DNA from: Macrostomum lignano
Taxonomy: Eukaryota
Assembly: GCA_002269645.1 (NCBI GenBank)
Contig: NIVC01000672.1
Coordinates: forward strand, 310,001 to 374,000
Direction: 5' to 3'
DNA: 64,000 nucleotides
Below the pieces are notes generated by a model. That model saw nothing but the letters and a program-made list of their open reading frames with translations. It was not told where the DNA came from and ran no database searches. Numbering within the stretch: the stretch's first letter is position 1; each line of letters begins with the position of its first letter. Made by a program: the position numbers and the translations under genes. Below, piece by piece: positions 60,196-64,000 of this stretch.

Positions 60196-63100
60196 TATAA
60201 AATATGAAACCTCAATATATACATAGAGTCAAAATCAACCTAAAATATAACCAATTTTAGACCCCCTTTCCAATTGCTAATTTTAGTATTTTGCTATACT
60301 TTACTTTTAATTTTAAGGCTACATTATTTGTGTAGCAAGAATGTGTAGCATGTGCTAAATGTTAGCCTAAAGTGCAATTTAAAACCCATATACTAAAATT
60401 AGGCATATTTGATCAATTTTTATTTAAAAAATGTTGATTTTGATTTATGAACTTACACACAGGAAAACCAAGATAGCATAATAGTAGGCCAAAAATAATT
60501 AAACCAATCTTCGTTGCATGCATGATTTAACTTCACAAGACTTATATTTGTCTCACTAGTATTCAAAAGCTCAAGCTATGTGGACTTTTAAACATAATCA
60601 ATAAACCTTTTAATTTGCAAGGCAGACACCATTACCAACAGTTGCATGAAAAAAAAATTAGAAACATACAAAAATGAAGTCTAAAAAATATTTAAAAACG
60701 AAATTGACGCGTGGGTGATTCTCATCGAGAGGTTTCGGAGGTTTTGAGGTTTTTCAGAGGTTTCATTTCGAACAAATATTTTTGCACAAAAACTTTAATA
60801 CTGCACAAAAATTAAAATCTTACTGAAATTTTCTAATGAATACAAATTTTCTTTAGAAAATAGCTCGGAGGTTTCGAATTCTTTTTAATTTTGCTTCTGA
60901 TAGGCACGCGCGGAAATTATTTAACTGTTTTTATGCGTGGTAGTCAACTGACACATTTTAGGGTCGTTCTCAAATTCTGGGAGGAGGGAAAATTTTAACA
61001 ATTTTCGGAACATTTACTATTGTTACTGCCGTATTGAAAATAATAGGACACTTTCATCTGTGAATAAAGATAATTTTTGGGTTGAAATTTATGTTGCAAA
61101 AGTGTTTTAAGTTGTCTTGCGGTATTAGGCGATATTAGGTGATGAAAAAATTCAAATTCAATCACTTCACCGATGTCCTAATTTTTGACACTATGATGTC
61201 TGTAGCTAAAAAAAGTTGTTGTTGAGTTGAAAACTTGCTATATTACATTTAAAATGAAAGCTTATATAAATTTAATTTAAGATTTTTTTAAAGCTTAATA
61301 AACTGCACTATAAATGATTTTATAGACGCTTAACTGTACGCCTAGCATTTCCGGTGGGATAGCCTCTTTGCGTCTCACAAAATGTATTTTTCAGCCGACG
61401 TCTAGAATGTGCGCTTAAAATGATACATTTTGATGCAGATAATTAGAAAAACATGTCTTATTATCTTTTTGTAAAAAAATTGTTATGAAATAGAGCACTA
61501 TTGTTGATAAAAATAATTAAAAGCAACCATGCATCGCAATAAACTCCTACTTTGAAGCACAAAATACATATCCTGTAACCACACTAGCATTCTCCATGGA
61601 GCACCTTTTGAGCTGAAATTTTACACAGATATCCAGTAAAGTAAACTGAGCAAATGATTTTTTTTGTTTTTGAAAATACTTCAATTTGGCTATGTATCAG
61701 TTAGTTCATTGGACATATTTATTATATTTTTATTAGAATCCTTGTAACCAAGCTACAGAGAAACATGTGCAAAACTGGACCTTGAAATTTGACCTGAATG
61801 ATCAGCAAATGTGTATCTCGAAATGATTTTTTTTGTTTTCATCAAGTCATTCTATGCTAATTTTTTCTGAAGGGAAAGATACCATGTATTTAGAGTCAAT
61901 AGGGGAAGCATTTAGACTTATTCAATAGTCATTAAAATTGCAACTATATTATTATAATATAGTAATAATATTATACATGTATTATATAGTAATATTAACT
62001 TCTAAGATGCCCTTATAAATTTAGGTAAAGACAACAGGCCTTAATTAATTAATCAGCATTTTGAAGAAACTGACCTTATACAGATGGGCCCCAAGCTAAG
62101 AAATGAATGTAGAGCTTATTTCGTGTAAGGTATAAAAATCAATTTATTATAATAATAAATACTCCTAATAAATTGGTTAAATTAGTTATTTACCTTGAAT
62201 TAATTTAATTTAATAAAGAAATATATAAATTTGTTTCACTTCTTACTGCATTTAAATAGAGTACCTCTCTACTATACTATAGAAGTATAGTAAAAGTATA
62301 TGGTAAAAAAGTATAGTAAAAAATTTTCTTTGGTTTAATCCCAGCTTGCCTCAGTTTTTTTGTCTTAATACGAGCTAGATAGTAAGTGTTGATTAATTTG
62401 CTCCATCACCTTTTGCCACGGAAACAGCACATGTCGGACATGCAACACTCTTCCTGATCCCTGGATTCAAGATGACTGCTTCTGCTTCTTCAATGCTTGA
62501 AAACTGAGCTCATGGAGCTTTAGGTTATGCTGTCAGAGTGCTGCTGCCGGTGCTGTGTGTGTATGTGTGTGTCTTCTGCGGGTAGGTTCCCTGTCCCTCA
62601 GTTTAGCCACTGTTGTGGGCTAACTGGAGGAATTGCCGTTGTCGGTGCTGCAGGTGGCACTACATGGTAGTATTGACGCTGTCAGTGACGCTGGCAAAGG
62701 CTTGGACGAAGCTAGGTGCCGTCATTGTCAGGAGGACATGCGTGTGCTGCTTAGACCAGTGCGCACATTCGACTGGACTCGTATCTGGTGCAGTCTGGTG
62801 TATTCACTGAGATTGTGTGGATCTGCCTCCTCGCATCACCTCAACCAGGCTCAATTTCTTTTGTAGAATTTTCGTGCGCTGCTTAACTGCATCTTGTGCC
62901 TGCTGAGTGATGCCAAGAATTGTGCCACACAATAATTTGGCCCATAAACTACTCGTATATTATACATATGTATGCACAGCACACACACACGCAGTTCATT
63001 CACATTTAACGTACTAGTTAATGGAATTCTCATCTCATGAGCTCTAGTCTATGGACAAACCTGAAATTACTAGAATATCTAGACAGATCTAAACTTCTTT

Positions 63101-64000
63101 GAGCAGCGCGCTGCGCTGCGAGCAAATACATGTAGATTCCTTAGCGCAACTAATTAATAGTGTAGTACAGTCTACAGCCTGAAGTAGCCTGTGTAAGATG
63201 CGGAGGGATGATTTTTGCATAGGAAGCCACTACGGTAAGGTTGATGGAACTATGGGGAGGTGAGAGATTCAAAGCGAGGGATGGAAGCCATGCATAGTTC
63301 GATCATAAGTTTGATTATTGCATGAGTCTGGGGATGCATTAACGAGAGGCAGACGAGAGCATAGAAATAAAGCGGGCTAAATATATTAATACACAAAATT
63401 ACATGTACTAGCTAGTAATTTCAGAATGGTCAGCGACTCCTCCGATTTGTATCCGCGACCGCGTGCCCACAAATCCCCCGGCAGACCCTGTCGCAGTTGG
63501 TGGTTGTGCACAGAATACAATGTAATAATTCAATTTTGTCTATTTTCCAAAAAGTTTCAAAAAATGAATTAATTAAAATAAATTTGAATTATTTTAAGTT
63601 AATTGGAGTAAAATGTCTAATAAGTAACTATGATTTTTTATTTTAAGTACATGTAGCTTTGGTATAAGTATTAATGTAATGAGTACTTAAAGTAAAATCA
63701 AGCAAGTTATAGTTTTCAGAAATTATGCTACAAATAATCAAATATATACTAGTATCTGAATTCCTTTATTAAGGAACATGCAGTCGATATTAAATCCACA
63801 ATGTGCTTTTTGGTGTTCAAGGATAGTTACCTGACTTTTTCTATTATTAGTTAGATTTTATTATATTTAATGTAAAAATGAACAATTCTATTCAAGGTAA
63901 AAATGAACATTCTTTATTTGTCGAATCATCTTGCCTTTGAAAAGATACATAGTGAAAACTTGATTTTTAATTCAACCTTTCAAGACTTATTTAGACTTCT

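Overview
Eukaryotic (animal) genomic DNA. GC-rich exons are separated by introns and intergenic tracts packed with minisatellites, an architecture resembling a repeat-rich invertebrate such as the flatworm Macrostomum (inference, not verified). Three spliced housekeeping genes lie on the minus strand: an IAH1-like SGNH esterase (17637-19966), a SUCLA2-like succinyl-CoA ligase beta subunit (39953-44123) and GLG1/ESL-1 (48586-57977). The first 16 kb hold a cluster of three apparently intronless plus-strand ORFs. Two are paralogs (110-3496 and 12943-15762) sharing a ~350-380 aa C-terminal module with HEPN-like motifs (ENSH-A-DHAW, YFPF, NEEKH). One carries an IFIT-like TPR solenoid; the other carries a 60-aa repeat N-terminus and a minisatellite-encoded RGG tail. 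Between them is an ankyrin gene with strictly alternating 35/36-aa repeats. This cluster is the best candidate for an undescribed RNA-sensing/RNase innate-immune system, though the function is inferred only. Also present: two non-autonomous mariner elements, two MITEs with 8-bp TSDs, a LINE 3' end, a foldback element, a TIR-bounded element carrying an LTR-retrotransposon PBS plus gag start, a 2742-bp tandem duplication, a 42-aa membrane microprotein and an ~8.9-kb 24-bp satellite. No rRNA, tRNA or CRISPR array was found.
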